Positions 12,513 to 26,059 are shown, counted from the stretch's first letter. The stretch is 64,000 bases of DNA from Vicugna vicugna (GCA_013265495.1 MU058781.1:9591009-9655008), one strand, 5' to 3'. The notes: a model not told the origin generated them from the letters alone. Numbers and translations are program-made.

Positions 12513-13309
12513 ATTGCCAAATAAAGTAGTAACAAACAGGCATCATTTTTAGATTTTCCTATTGTCGGTGGGTGACTTCAGGAGGAGAGATGAAATGAGA
12601 CAGAAGGGCAGTTTCCTTTTCTTGTTTGTTGTATGATGACTAGGACATCTTTAACTGGAAGGTAGGACTTGATGGTTAAATGTTTCTGTGCAGGAGCTGT
12701 GTCCTTTCCCTCCAATTAACGACAAGCTCCAGACCCCTCTGTGCATGGTCTATGCGGCTGTGGAAATCTCTTCGAGCTTTGAGTTCTCTGCCAGAAACTT
12801 GAAAATAACCCAAGAGAATATTTAGTTTACCTTCCTACTTTCAGAAACCTTCTGCAGCTCTTAGACATGGAAGCTCGCAGAGTTTAAGGTCCTAAGAAAC
12901 CATGAACATGGAGGTCAGTGGTTATTACTGTGTTGTCAACGGCAAGACGGAAAGGGCGCTAAAAATACCAGACCCTACGTACCTATTGGTGACACTTTTT
13001 TTGGTCGCAGTGTGATTAAAATCAAGTAATTAACCATAATTTATGTAGTTAAATTCCATAGAAAGCAATGTAATGTCATTACTAAATTTTGAACTCATTA
13101 TAGAATTGACAGTATGGTATTTTAGGGTGACTTTTGCTTGTTAGATACAGGTCTTTTGAAATATTTTGAGAAATACGGTCCCTTTTGTAAGTCCAACCTC
13201 ATCTTGAAGTATTTCCAAGTTCTTTAATTTAAAGTTTTGCTTAAAAGTTTGTCACTAAAATCAGAAGTTGTGATGTGTTGGAGAAGTTCCTAAACCTTTT
13301 TATCCCATA

Positions 13310-14370
13310 GCCCCTGAATTCATTGTCTGAATGGTTTCTCTAAGCCTGTATTTGTTATCTCAATATCCCATGAGAGTGATCACTTCTAACCCGGAATCTT
13401 CTGTCCACAGGACTCACAGTTGCTGTTACCCTTACAGATGATACTTTATGAGAGTTACACTGTTTGCACCTCAAATTCTATGTCTTCAAAACAATCATTT
13501 TTCAAACTATGTCCGTCTTCCTTCCTGGTGCCTTATTAGTGGTATCCTTACTCTTCTGGTTACTGAGCTGTAATCCCAAGCAATTTCTCACCTTTCCCGC
13601 TATTCCTTATCTTCTTCATCTACAGTCACTGAAACCTTAGAATTTTCCCTTAATTCTCTTTTTTTCTGTAACCATCCCTCTTTCAGCATTTTCCTTGCTT
13701 CCTTCCTGGTGAGGAACTCATGACTTCATGCCTCCTGTACCAGAACAGCTTACTATGTACTGTGATATACCAGAGATGGTTACAGTCTGTTATAGATGGC
13801 CCTCATGGCCTTCTAGCTAGTCTCTAAGACACAGGTGTTCAGTCCTCTTCCCTGCGTAGTTTTCTGATTAAAGCTCTTATGTTTTATTTCACTCCTGATG
13901 TAAAACTTACGGTGGTAGAGCCTAGACTCTTCAATCCACTTGTCTTCACTTGGCCTTACTGTCATTTGCCCTTAACATCTTCTGTTCTGCAGCAGGATGT
14001 TTTTTTTATGCTGAAGTGTCATAACTTCAGTCACATGAGGCTTATAACTTTTTTGATCCAATCCTTTGGAATCTTCTTCACCCATTTTCCCCTCATGTAT
14101 CTTTTTATTCTCCCCTCAGGAGCTTTCCATTGTCCTGCATGTATGTACCTCACTTACAGACTTATGACCTATATTTTTCTGTCACTTCTTGCCTTGTATG
14201 AACACTTAACTGTCCATTTTTATTTCCATTTTATGTTATCCATTGCTATAATTCCGTGTTTTATATTTTTCATTTAATTGGTTTCTAATTTCCTAGGGGC
14301 AGGTATTATTATATGTCACCTCAGTATGATTTTTATAGTGGGCACTAAATTAAAAATGTGGAGTGAATTC
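13310..14370 (+). mobile_element. L2 LINE 3' portion
   Basis: Pyrimidine-rich L2-like body (gcacctcaaattc..., ctcatgacttcatgcct) ending ttcctaggggcagg...atagtgggcactaa...gagtgaat. Confidence 0.65.
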
Positions 14371-15779
14371 GTGGTCAAAACTTGGGGAAGTCAGCATACG
14401 CATGGGTGTGCCAAGGATCAGACAAGATACTTATGAAGCAGCAGCGTTCATACAAAGACAGTGCGGACGCAAGGTGGTGTGATGGTTGCACATGTTTTGG
14501 GCTTTGCTGATAACGTCCTCTATTCTGGAATAACAGCATTCCTCCTGACTTTTCATGACCTTCAAATTTTATTTGCAGACAATGAGATGTGTTTCCATAA
14601 TAGGTCTTGCAAATACAGCCCTGTTTGCTCATGTTTTTTTACCTACATATATTTGACTTGGTCGTTTATCTGCTCACTTACAGATACTTGTTGGTCTGCC
14701 TTAGTACAATAGCTTACTAAGATAAAGTTATTGTTGTATTGTCACCTCTGTACTGCTCTGGTCTCTTCACTGTAGGACCAAGAACCTTATTTGTGTGAAC
14801 ACACACAGTTGCTCAGGGACAGCGGTTCTATCAGAGTCCTCTCCATCTTTGCATTATATCTTGCTGCCCTCCCCTCCCCTTGTCACCCTTACCGCATTAT
14901 CTAATCTGGAATTTCAGACCCTGCACCCTGGAAGTCATTTCCACATTCCCACTCGTACCAGCTGTGAGAAATCGCAGGCTAAAGGCGAGAGCTGCCTGTG
15001 TTCTGCCACAGATCGCTGTATACCTGAGCATTTTGGTGACGGGGAATATGGTTTCTGTAGCTCTAGGGAACAAATGAGGTGTTTTTTATGGGAGGGGGCA
15101 TCTGATCAGTTTGCATTTTCTTCTGCAGAAAATCTGTGTTTTTTTTCACTCGTCTCTTTTCAGGTGGTTGTTAGTAAACATACTGGTTTCTCTTTGTAGG
15201 ACCTGTATTTACTGCGTTAGTGGTGTCTAACTTGATGTCTTTTGCAAATACAAAATGTGAGCCAACTTTTCCATCATCAGGTAACCCCGGGGTCACCACT
15301 GAAATCTTTAACTGCTTCTGAGCCATGGATAGCTGTTCTGTTGTGCATTTTACTAGATCTCCTTAAAACTAACAGAAAAGGGGGACGGCTAATGGTAAGG
15401 TTTCCCCACCTCTTAGAACATTTCTGACTTACTTTTAAGTGCTGCCAATGCAAGGTTTTTCTTATGAGTGGGTGGTATGACTGTAGTTCAAAAATGTTGT
15501 GTTTACGGTATTAAAATGTTAGGAACCATTTTTAGATTCCTTTCCTAAGGACAAAGCAGGAGGAAGAAGACTGAAGGAGTGTGTTACAGATAACTTTTGC
15601 AAGTATTCAAGTATTTTTGGCGTTGAGTTTTCGATCGGAGCGTTCTGTCGGCTTCTGGCTGTCACCCTTGGCCTGACCCGCCAGTGCCGTGAACTCAGTA
15701 TAACCAGAGAGCAGCTCATTCTGCCTGTTCTGCTCTGACCTTTTCCTTTGAGTTTTGTGCTTCAAAGGTGGTGGTTGTC

Positions 15780-16110
15780 ATTTGCCTGCTGCTCCCACGC
15801 CCTACCAATCACTCATTCCTTATTTCAGTAACTTACCATGTGCTCCAGATACTTTTCTAAGCCACCACCGTTTTCCCATTCTTACATCTGGCTGCTATCA
15901 TCTCCCACCTTGGCTGGTTCAGGCTCTTTCTTACTGGGCTGTCTGGTCTCCTGTGGGTATCCCACCCTGCTCCCATCCTCCTGAAATAGATCTTACTGAG
16001 TTATTTCCCTTATTGACCAAAGAGCACATTGCAAGATTTTTAGCATTTCATATCCCGTTGGCCTCTTTTCCAAAATCTTCCCGCACCTGCATCCACTGCT
16101 GCCTTTGATT
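15780..16110 (+). mobile_element. L2 fragment
   Basis: ctatcatctcccacct...ttcttactgggctgtct resembles L2 atcatctcttgcctgg...ctcctaactggtctc. Confidence 0.45.
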
Positions 16111-16555
16111 TGATGGTCTAGTCCTGGTCTAGTTCCTGAGTCAGTCCTGACTGAGCCAGGGTGCAGGTAAGTCTTTTCCATCTCTTTACTCTTCCTGCAT
16201 GCAATGTGTACTTTCCCTAGACCAGAATGTGGTGGCCTCGTGATGCCCTCTGAGTTGCCTGTCATCCATATCACTGTCATCGTGGCCAGTTTCCTTCCTC
16301 TGTATGTCATCACATAGTGTCCTTACTCTGCAGCTCTCCCACCCATCTTGTTCTCACCTACTCTGGACTTTACTGGGGCCCCATTACCTAAATTTTGCTA
16401 GTTACTCAGTGTAATATTCTAGACTTTCTCTAAGACGTCAGGTTGGACCTCAATGTCTCGATCAGTGTGAGATGCCTTCCATCTGAATTATTCCTCTCAA
16501 GACTGGTGAGTGTGACACCTGAGAGCACCTGGGGGCTGGCTCTCTGCCCACTGTG

Positions 16556-16952
16556 TGCATTAGTTTCCTATGACTCCTTACTCATGGCTACAAACTTGGT
16601 GGCTTAAAGCAACAAATTTAGGTGTTCACAGGGCCACACTCTTGCCCAAGTCCTAGGGGAGACTCTGCTCCTTGTATTTTCCAGCTTCTGGTGGCCGCTG
16701 ACACTCCTTGGCTTGTGGCTGCATCACTCCAGCATCTACCTCCCTCCCTTCTTCTGTCTGTAGTCCAGTCTGCCTCTTGGAAACAGATTTGTGATTGCAT
16801 TTAGGGCTCAACTGGATAATCCAGAATAACCTCCCCATCTCAAGATCCCTAATTTAATTGCATATGCAAAGTCTTTGCCTTACAAGGTAACATTTACAGG
16901 TTCCAGGGACTAGGATCTGCTGTCTTTGGAGAGCATTATTCATCCAGTTACA
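16556..16952 (-). mobile_element. ERVL-MaLR solo LTR (MLT1C/D-like)
   Basis: tgcattagtttcct...ttccagcttctggtggc...ggataatccagaataacctccccatctcaagatcc...ca, with perfect 5-bp TSD CTGTG at 16551-16555 and 16953-16957. Confidence 0.92.
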
Positions 16953-17334
16953 CTGTGTTTTACCCACCTTATATGACTGCTTGCCTGCTCCTGGAAACCC
17001 TGGTCCTGACCATCCCTGAGTCATGGTTATGCTTGCCAAGCCTGCTGGCTTCTCTGCCTCCTTACGCACTTCATCTCTCCCTAGAGAACTGGTCTCAGCA
17101 ATGCTGCCAGTTTTCCTGGGGTCTGTCTCATGCCCGCGGCCGGCACCACCTCCCCTGCTCCTGTCCCTTTTGCCTCAGTCTCCTATATTGAGTTGTTGAA
17201 ATAACAAGTCCTTTAAAAATGTCTTCCTGGGATGCTCTTTCTCCCACGAAGACTTGGGAATTCAGGCCCTCCCAGATTGTCTCCGTTGCTCCTCACCTAA
17301 CGAGGGTGTATGTATGGGGCAGGCCGTGAGAATA

Positions 17335-17705
17335 GGGGCTGCTGTTTGCTTACCTAGAATGCTCTTTCCTCCTCTTCTGTGTTTGGTGTAGTTCTGTTCA
17401 TCTTGTAAGGTCCTGTTCAAGTGTCAGAGTCTCTGAGACTCTTCTGAACCCCTCTCCTCCCTCCCTTTCTCCCTCCCTCCCTCCCTCTCTCTGTGCAAAA
17501 TCAATTACTTCTTTCTTTTTCCTCAGCCCTCTGTACTTGCCTCTAACCCTTACCACATTGTGTTCTGCTTTATTGTGTTTGCGTCGTCTCCTTGCTAGAC
17601 TTTGAGGTTCATGAGAGCCAGAAATAGGATATTATTTACCTTTTTTAAATTTAGCCTGACACATGGCCCACAATAAGTGCTTGACAATACTATAGAACGA
17701 ATGTG
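17335..17705 (+). mobile_element. L2 LINE 3' end with internal CT-rich tract
   Basis: cctagaatgctctttc...ctagactttgaggttcatgagagccag...aataagtgcttgaca...gaacgaatg. Confidence 0.8.
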
Positions 17706-18364
17706 TTTAATCAATTCAAGTTTCAAATTTTCCATCATCCAGACTCTCAGTATATGTTTAATACTTCTCTCCTGATTTTCCTTATGAGCCCCAATGTAAT
17801 TGTTTCTTTTAGGTGGCTACATACAGTCCACTTTGTTTTTTGTTTCCAGTACAAATGGATTAAAAATACCCCATGTTTTCTGTGCTTAAATTTCATTCAG
17901 TGTGAGGATATCATTACACTTACTCCTCTATGGAACCAATTTAATATGAGACTTTACTAAAACTGAAAAACTGCGAGTGTCATGTTGCTTGTTTCTCTTC
18001 TTGTAAATGTAGACCTGTAAGCAAGCATTTGGTCATACTTGTCAGGATTGCTTCTTTTGACTTACTAGTGATTTGTCGAAACAGGACTGTATTTTCCCCC
18101 CCTTCTCTGGATGTTTTGTTTTGACTGAGGAGATCAGAATTTCAGAGTTACTTCCCCCACCTTTTCACTAGAAGCTGGGGAAAGAACTGCCCACCGCCTC
18201 CCTCATCTTAAATGTGTGAGGTGTCTGCCCTGCTGAGTTGCTGGTGTCTATTTCCTGTTTCCTATATCCTTGAGCCTCTTAGGAGTTGTGTGAGGGTGAT
18301 GGTATTTTATTAAATTGCGTGTCTTACATTTATGAGAAACTCAGAGGGCTTTGAGGATTTTCCT

Positions 18365-18535
18365 TTTTGGTATCTAATCTTCTAACAGCTCTCTGAGGTA
18401 GGTGGTGTGAAGTGTTATCTCCATTTTGCAGATGTTATAACAGAGGCATAGCACAACTTGATGTGGGCCCCATAGCAAATCAGGAGCTGAGTGGAAAATG
18501 TCTCCTGGGTCTTTCAACTTCCGTTGCAGTGATCT
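18365..18535 (-). mobile_element. MIR SINE fragment
   Basis: taatcttctaacagctctctgaggtagg...tatctccattttgcagatg. Confidence 0.75.
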
Positions 18536-20149
18536 AGATGCCAGATGACTTAATTAATAATTTTTAACACCTCTACCCATTTTGGTGTTGCATGAAATAC
18601 TACGGTCAGCATTCATATGGTAGCCAGTGCTCCAGTTTTCGTATTTTTCTGTCTTAAGCACTTCTCATTCATTAACATGCACACACACTTGTGTGTGTAT
18701 AATAAAAAATGACGTGTGTATATATTTCTTTCAAAAGAAATATATACAAAATTAGGTTCTGCAGAAGGTTACTTGGTATGGGGTCTTCATGCAAGTAGGA
18801 GATTCCAGCAGCATCAGCTTACCTGATACTTTTGCCTAAGTTTTTGTCAGCTGAACATACTACATAGATGTGAAAATATTGTAAAATGTAACCCATGACA
18901 AGAAATACTCTAAAATTGTACTGTAGGTACTTAATAAGTGAAATTTTTTTTTTAGGTAATTCTTCCCTGCAAATGACAGTATCCCCAAAGTGAGCCCCTA
19001 CTGTCTCTTTCACATACTTTTCCTTAACAAATGTTAAGATTTGTTGTTGTTCGTTCTCTTTTAATTTAAAATTTTACTGCAGCTGTTAAGTTCTTGATCA
19101 GATCTGCCTGATACTTTAAAGGGAATGTCTCCAGGGGCTTTGTGTCTGTGGTGGAGGGTGTGTGGCCAGGCTTCTGTCTCCCTGATGACTGTGTTCGGAA
19201 TGCCCCTCTTTTTGGCCAAGTGGCATTCATTATCCTGTTGCTCCTAGAGCATTAAGAACTGCCTGGCAGGAAAGTTTCCCCACAGTTTCTGTAGTCTTGG
19301 AGGCACAGTTTCAGTTCATTGCCATGGAATGGTGGGGAGGCCGATTCTGACACGGCTGCCTTGAGGGTCAGTCTGGAGACCTCTGTGTGATTTCCCTCAG
19401 CCCAGAGAGGGGATTTAGAGCACCTGGTGAGGGGATGCAACTTGCCAGCCTCCACTTTGTCGGCCTGCCCTCCCACCCGTGCCCTTCGGAGCACCACCCA
19501 GCTGCAGTGCTCTTGCCTTGAAACTATTTGGAGCAGCTGGAATGGAGGCCACCCAGAACTTCTGTGAGCAGCTGTGGCTGCACGGCTCCTGTTGGCCAGA
19601 GCAGAGACGGTTCTCACTTATCTGCACTGAGCACGGGTGGCCGTGATCCCTTAGGATAATGCAGTTTCTCACTGTCTGGGGGTGGGAGCTATTGTCCTCC
19701 TTTCCAGCTTGTTGTTTGAAGTCCTTTTGCAAGGCTTCCGGCTTTTGCTGAGTCACAACAGACACACACAGACACACAGACACACACACACAAACACCGT
19801 GCCTGCCTCACTCCCCTCTTCATCCCCATTTAATGGCTTTTGAAGTTACTAAGGAGATAACAAATCTCCCTGCTGGGGGAGGGTAAGAACTTAAATAGTA
19901 AGTAGAAGGAACTGTTCACACAGGTTCATAAACGTCTGAAAAATTTCCTGTTGGCCTCCTCTTTCATTGCTGTTAGCGTCTCTGTTCCTGTCTCCCCCTT
20001 CCAGCGTTCTGGGCTGAACCACAAGCATCAGTGTGGTGGGCATGTGAGGACAGAGGCATACTGCACACCGGGGGTTTGTGCAGATGCATGTTGAAGGGTG
20101 CTATTTTTGTTTCCCCGATAGAAAATGGCCATTTCTCATGAACATTTTA

Positions 20150-20420
20150 TTTACTTATTGAAGTACAGTCAGTTACAATGTGTCAATTTCTGGTGCACAG
20201 CACATTGTCCCAGTCATGCATATGCATACATGTATTCGTCTTCATGTTCTTTTTCTTGGAAGGTCATTGCAAGATACTGAATATAGTTCTCTGTGCTATA
20301 CAGAAGAAACTTGTTTTCTTTAAAATTCTATTCTTATATATAGTGGCTAATATTTGCAAATCTGACTCCCAAATTGATCCCTTCCCACCCCCTTTCCACT
20401 GGTAACGAGAAGACTGCTAG
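20150..20420 (-). mobile_element. Young 5'-truncated L1 3' end (camelid-like)
   Basis: ttattgaagtacagtcagttacaatgtgtcaatttctggtg...ctgtgctatacagaagaaac. Same family as 6827-7034. 11-bp TSD TGAACATTTTA at 20139-20149 and 20421-20431. Confidence 0.9.
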
Positions 20421-21777
20421 TGAACATTTTAGGAAGGCAGTTTCTTCACTGTCTGCTCTCACTTGTGCCGACCTGTAATGGAAAGGAACGGAAATCTGGA
20501 TCCCTGGTGCATGCACCTGGGCTTTTTGGGGCGTCTTTCTTAGCAGTCTGCTGTGAGAGCCACTGGCAGGTGATGGATTTCTAAAGCAGAAAATCAAGCT
20601 TACTCACAGGAGAAGCTTATGGTTTTAGAAACCACGTGGTGACGAGCACTGTCATTTCGCAAGGTTTGGCAGGCGCCAAGGAACCCGGGAGCCACGGAGA
20701 CCAAAAACGGAGAAAGTCAGTTTTCCTACTTAATTACTTTTAAACTATGTTAGCTCATTCTCCGGGTCAAAACAACAGCTTCAGTCCTTCACTGTAGTGG
20801 TATTTTTTAGTGCAATAAAATAATTTTTATGAATTGAAGAAAAATTGAAAGAGTGTGTAGACAGCATTCCTACCTGGTGGTAGCATTTATAAACTTCTTA
20901 TATTAGTAACAGGTACTGGCTCTGCACTTGGGACTTTTCGAATGTATTAGATCATGACTTGCCCAATTATATAAGCCATTTAACTGATAACATGTTCACC
21001 TTTCTCAGTGATAATTTAGACTGAGACCGAGATTCAAAAAATAGTGTCTGTCCTCTATTTTATTGTTACCAGTTCATGAAAATACTGCCAAAGGGCCAGA
21101 AAACACAATTTTCTCAGGTTTTACAACACAGCTCGTCAAGGTCCCTGGGCCTAATTTGTTCTTAAGTAATTTTCAAATAGGACTCTGTCCTTTAGCTCAG
21201 TGTCGGTGTCTGGACTCTCTTAAAGCAAGTTGCAGCCTGATACAGACACTCTGCCATTTTCTAGGCAATGGAAAGTTCTGGAAAGTAGATCATTTCCCCT
21301 CCGTGGTAGGTACAGTGTAACTGTTTGATGTCACGTGTGTGATGTGGTATTTGTGTTTGTGCTAGGAGCTGTATATGGATATGTCAAAAATCAGAAGCCT
21401 TTCACTTTCCCTAAGACTTGTCTCCAGTGCTTGTGCCTTGAATGCAGATGGTAACAAACAGAGGCAGGCTCTGTCTGGAAGTACGGGGTGTCTCTGCTTG
21501 AGCTGGAGCTCTTGTTCCAGGCCTCAGGGGGTAGAGACAGAGGGTTGTTTCCTAGCTTGCCCTTGGAGCCCCCAAGCCTCTGCAAGTTGATGTAGCTGCC
21601 TTTATCTGTGTGCAGAATCTTGCCTGCGGCCTCCCACAGTGTGGGGAGAGAGAGTCAGGGAGAAGTGGGAGGAGGGAGATGATTCAGCCTCTGCTAAGTC
21701 AGGCACTGCCCTGGGTGCTGGACATCCATGCCAGTATGTCTGGACCACGGCTTTGAAAAGTAAGTAGTTCATAATGA

Positions 21778-21988
21778 GACAGTGTAGAGGTCAGATGTTG
21801 GAGACAGATTGCCCTGCTTTGAATCCTAACTTCGCTACCTTCAAAGTCCGTGACCACCTGGTGCCTCAGTTTCCCCGTTTGTGAAGTGGGGATCATGATG
21901 AAACCAGCCTCCTCTGTTTGGGATAAATAAAAGCTGTAAAGTGCTTCGAAGAGCATCTGCCATAGTGTAGTAGGTAAATGTTAAATAA
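21778..21988 (+). mobile_element. MIR SINE
   Basis: tttgaatcct...gtgcctcagtttccccgtttgtgaagtgggga...tgtaaagtgctt. Confidence 0.85.
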
Positions 21989-23298
21989 TGGGATAGGAGC
22001 ACAGGTCAGCAAACTGCCCGGTGTGTGTAAGTGGCTGGGTTAGGATTAGAGCTTGGATCTGCTGGCTCTAAAGAGGTGATCTTTTCATCTCACCACCCAC
22101 TGTACTTCCTTTCTTTTCATTTTGGTTGCATTTGAGTTGGTGTCCTGAGTCCGTCCTCTTCCTTCCTCACCTGATCAGGGGTGGTCCCTGCATCGCTCTG
22201 GTTTTCCCTTGTGCTTGCCCTTGTAGAGACGCTGTAGGGTTTGCCTCAGTGTGAGTATTTAAGGCGGTCCAAAAAGACTGGAATTGAACTGACATTTTAA
22301 TTACATGGTCAATTTTTCAGGGTAGAGTAAATGATCATTTGTTGTTTCCCATTGTTTTAATGTGTTTTCTTCCCTCAAACATGGGAGTGTCTTGTGGGCG
22401 GCTTCTGTGTCCTATGCTGCGCGTTACACTCCCCCTGAGCACACAGGCAGCAGCTTGTGGGTATTTGAGTTGAAGAAGGAAAGCACCACATTTAATGGCT
22501 GCTTCCTGTCTCTAAACTTAAAATGCCATGAGATAGCGTTTTTCCTTTTCATGGTGACGGGATCAAGAGTTTATAGTCTGGATTTTGGGGTCTTTGACCT
22601 GTCCTTTGTTTCGTCGGACAATTTCTGCCAGGATTTTCGGATCCAAGCTGTGTTCTGCTACCCCAGGTCTCCAAATGTTGTAGAGTTGGCTTGAACTTGT
22701 GTATTTGACACCAACTTTCCTTCTTTGCACTCTTTAAGAAATGGCGCTGAAGATGTAGAACATACTTACAAAGTCTTCAGGTGTGACGATGAGGAACATA
22801 ACATTTGGTCTCCAGTAAGGAAAATAAGGGAGGGATTTGATTACTTTTGCCCCATTCCTTCCTAAGTCCAGTTTATTTAGGGTGGAAGTTTTCAGTAATG
22901 TTAAAGTTTATGTAAAGTACAATGGGGTAAGGATGCAAGGTCTTTAAGGCAAGACAACGCTATTAATAGAATGTGGATGTGTGTGGTTTATTTTTGTTTT
23001 CAAAACTGAAATGTTTCTTTGGGGCTTTGGCATGCTCTTTGATATGTTGAAAGATGAGAAAACATCATTTGGGAAACTCAGCACTTCGACCATATTAGGA
23101 AATTTACAGTGCTTCACATTTCACATTTAATGTTTTAATTGCCTGGTTTGCTGGTAGAAAAATTTCAAGCTCCCCTCTTTGATTTAGAGTTACCACCACT
23201 TTAGCCCCCTCTCCAGCGGTGGGTTTGCTCTGAGAGGGCAGTGCTTCTCATATCGTTTTAAATGAGTATCATGTTGGCTTCTGATGTACTGGGTAATT

Positions 23299-23331
<33 letters not shown>

Positions 23332-23884
23332 TATATCCTTAAACTACAACGGAAATTGAGTTGCATTTTTGAAACTTCTAAGTTGTTTTTGTGTGGAGGG
23401 TGCTACTCTAAACATTATCTGAAGAACTGAAGAAATCAGAGACAGTGCTACTATGCTGGTCTGAGGGCAGCATTTAAGAGGCCCGCCTCTACATTGTGAA
23501 AGAGAAAGAGGGATGTTGGGAGGGAGGAGATGGCGGGATGCGGGGAAGAACAAAAGAAAGAGAAGGGTTAGGATATTCCTTGGGGTTTAGGCTTTCAAAA
23601 ATCAAGATCCAAAATAAAGTTGACATTTACTTGTATAAATACTTCCTTAGGGAAAAGCAATGATGCAATAACTTGTGTAAGTCATTTCTCGTGCACAGCA
23701 GAACGTGAGGGGAGCAGCCCTGCACGTCACCCTTAGAGTCATCGATAGTTACGGGTTTAGAAGGATTAAGGCTCTGTCACTAGGCAGCTCAGAGGGGGAA
23801 CTATTTTCACCTGGCATGAACAGCTCTCTCTAAATGTTGTTAGCAATGAAAATGTTTCGTCTTTCAGTATCCAGATATAATTTT

Positions 23885-24510
23885 GAATTATATAGTGATC
23901 TATGCTTAATGTAGAAAATTTGGAAAATATAGACATACCTCCAAAAAATAAAAGTAACCCATAATTATATAACCTGGAGAGAATTTGAGTGTATTGCCTT
24001 TTAGTACTGATTTCTATGTGCTTATGTCTTATATGCATTTTTATATAGGTAGGGTCACACACATTTTGAATTCTGACTTTCTTCCTGTAACAACAAAATT
24101 ATCATGGTATTTAATGATTGAGTTGCATTTCTTAATGTGACTGTATCACAGTGTATTTCACAAGCTCCCTCTGGGTTTTCTGCTGTACTAATTGTGTTGG
24201 TGGTGGTTTATTTTGTTAGGTAAGCAGTGCTATAAAGAGCATCTTTGGGCATGAGTGGTTTTTTCCGTATTCCTGATTACTTACCAAGTTAGCATTCTGT
24301 ATGGGAACTACTGTGTCTATTAAAGGACCCCTGCCCGCATTGCTAAACTGCTTCCCAAGGAAGTTGTATCCTCCTCCCAACCATAACATTTCAGATTGCC
24401 CACCTTGCTGCCCTTCAGCCAATACTGACCTCCCTGTTTGTTTTTTTAATTTAACACTTCCCTAATCTATCAGGAAAAATCTTTACTTGTTACATTTAAT
24501 TCACATCCAG
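23885..24510 (-). mobile_element. Old L1ME 3' region
   Basis: gtagaaaatttggaaaatataga...cagtgctataaagagcatcttt...ttgctaaactgcttcccaaggaagttgta. Confidence 0.7.
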
Positions 24511-24744
24511 GCATCTAAAATTTAAGTTTTATCTGGTGATAAGTGCTTTGTAACATCACTTTTATTTCTTTTAGTTTTTTTTCCTTTAGTTTTGATCCTT
24601 CTTTCTCTTCTCTTTCTACCTAAATTCCCTTCACATTTTTCTTTCCTTTTCTACGTAATCTGTTATCGCACTTACTCAGCCTGCTTTCCCAAATTCGTGT
24701 CTTACCACTATCCCAACCAAGCGTTATTACTCCCCCCCCCCCCC

Positions 24745-24960
24745 NNNNNNNNNNNNNNNNNNNNNNNNNNNNNNNNNNNNNNNNNNNNNNNNNNNNNNNN
24801 NNNNNNNNNNNNNNNNNNNNNNNNNNNNNNNNNNNNNNNNNNNNNNNNNNNNNNNNNNNNNNNNNNNNNNNNNNNNNNNNNNNNNNNNNNNNNNNNNNNN
24901 NNNNNNNNNNNNNNNNNNNNNNNNNNNNNNNNNNNNNNNNNNNNNNNNNNNNNNNNNNNN
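24745..24960. other. Assembly gap (216 N) flanked by poly(C)
   Basis: N run with C runs on both sides. Confidence 0.99.
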
Positions 24961-26045
24961 CCCCCCCCCCCCCGTGTATCCGTGTATCTTGCAGATTTCA
25001 CTTCCTCTCTGCGCTGGTTTCCATCACTTGACGTGGCAGCCCAGGCCCTTCTTTAATCTTCTAAGACAGAGCAGTCTCCCCGGGATGACGTCAGCGTGCA
25101 GTGCTCTGTCCTTCATTTCTCCACAGTGCTCGTTTCGCACTGTTCATACACCATTTTGTATCTTTTCTCAGAACATAGTAAGGAGGTACTGAAGGGTCTG
25201 GAGACTGAATGACATAATCCCGTCTGTGGTGTAGAAGGACCCCCTGCTAGAGGATAGCCCTCAGCAGAGGTCACACCGTGATTCTCTTTGGCCTTCGGAG
25301 TAGCAACCTGGCGGAACTGAACGGCCTCTTCCAGAGCACAGCTATCATTAAACAAGACCAAGAGTGGAGTCTGTGGTCTTACATGATTTGGATCCAAATG
25401 CACGGGCCTTGTTCCAGTTCTTGTTAACATATGTGAGCCTCAAGTGAGGGAAATGGCCTAAAAAGCCGTAGTGTCCACATAGAGCTGGCATTCAGACTGC
25501 CTTTTCCCAGCTCGATAACTAAGCACAACTTTGATGCCATTAAAATTGTATACTTTTTTGCTTCCAAGATGTGGGTCTAAAACACAAGCTGTTTTAAAAA
25601 TGAACATATTTTCCTAAAAATTTAGAAGATTGTTCAAGTATCTATAGCAAATGTAACTTAAAAATCTGTAAAATACAAAGTGTGGGTCCAGAACTTTTCA
25701 CTGTGGACTGGGCTCACGCTAAGAGCACACTGCAAAGGAAAGCGAAGAAGCCTTTTTTCTCTTGTAGCCCGTTCTGCGTTTTTCTCATGAGCAACTCCCT
25801 TGAGATAATACTTGATTTTCCCTTCTTTCTTCCCAAAAAGAGAGCTGGTAGAGTATCCCAAGTTATTGGTGGGAAGGCACCCGGGGCAGGGTGCAGGGGA
25901 AGGAGCCACCGAGGACTTAGGTCCATACAGTCCCTGGAGAGCTCTGGGCTTGCTGCATTTCCCTTCAAGGGCCCACTGATGGCCTCACTGTTTCTATTAC
26001 CTTCGTAGAAAGAGTGTGTGACTCCCCTGCCCGCCTGGCCGTCTC

Positions 26046-26059
26046 GTTGCTATGGAAAC
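26046..26059. promoter_or_regulatory. RFX X-box motif (predicted)
   Basis: GTTGCTATGGAAAC fits the consensus GTNRCNNNRGNAAC. Motif match only. Confidence 0.45.

Noticed and set aside
13879..14277. 132-aa hydrophobic ORF
   Set aside because: Lies in pyrimidine-rich L2 sequence; the hydrophobicity reflects T-richness.
19874..19910. ggggagggta... resembling the start of a tRNA-derived camelid SINE
   Set aside because: Similarity ends after about 10 nt, with no B box, tail or TSD.
24592..25056. Longest ORF in the track (154 aa) and its antisense partner
   Set aside because: Artefacts of reading through the N gap. The same applies to the ORFs at 34253-34481.
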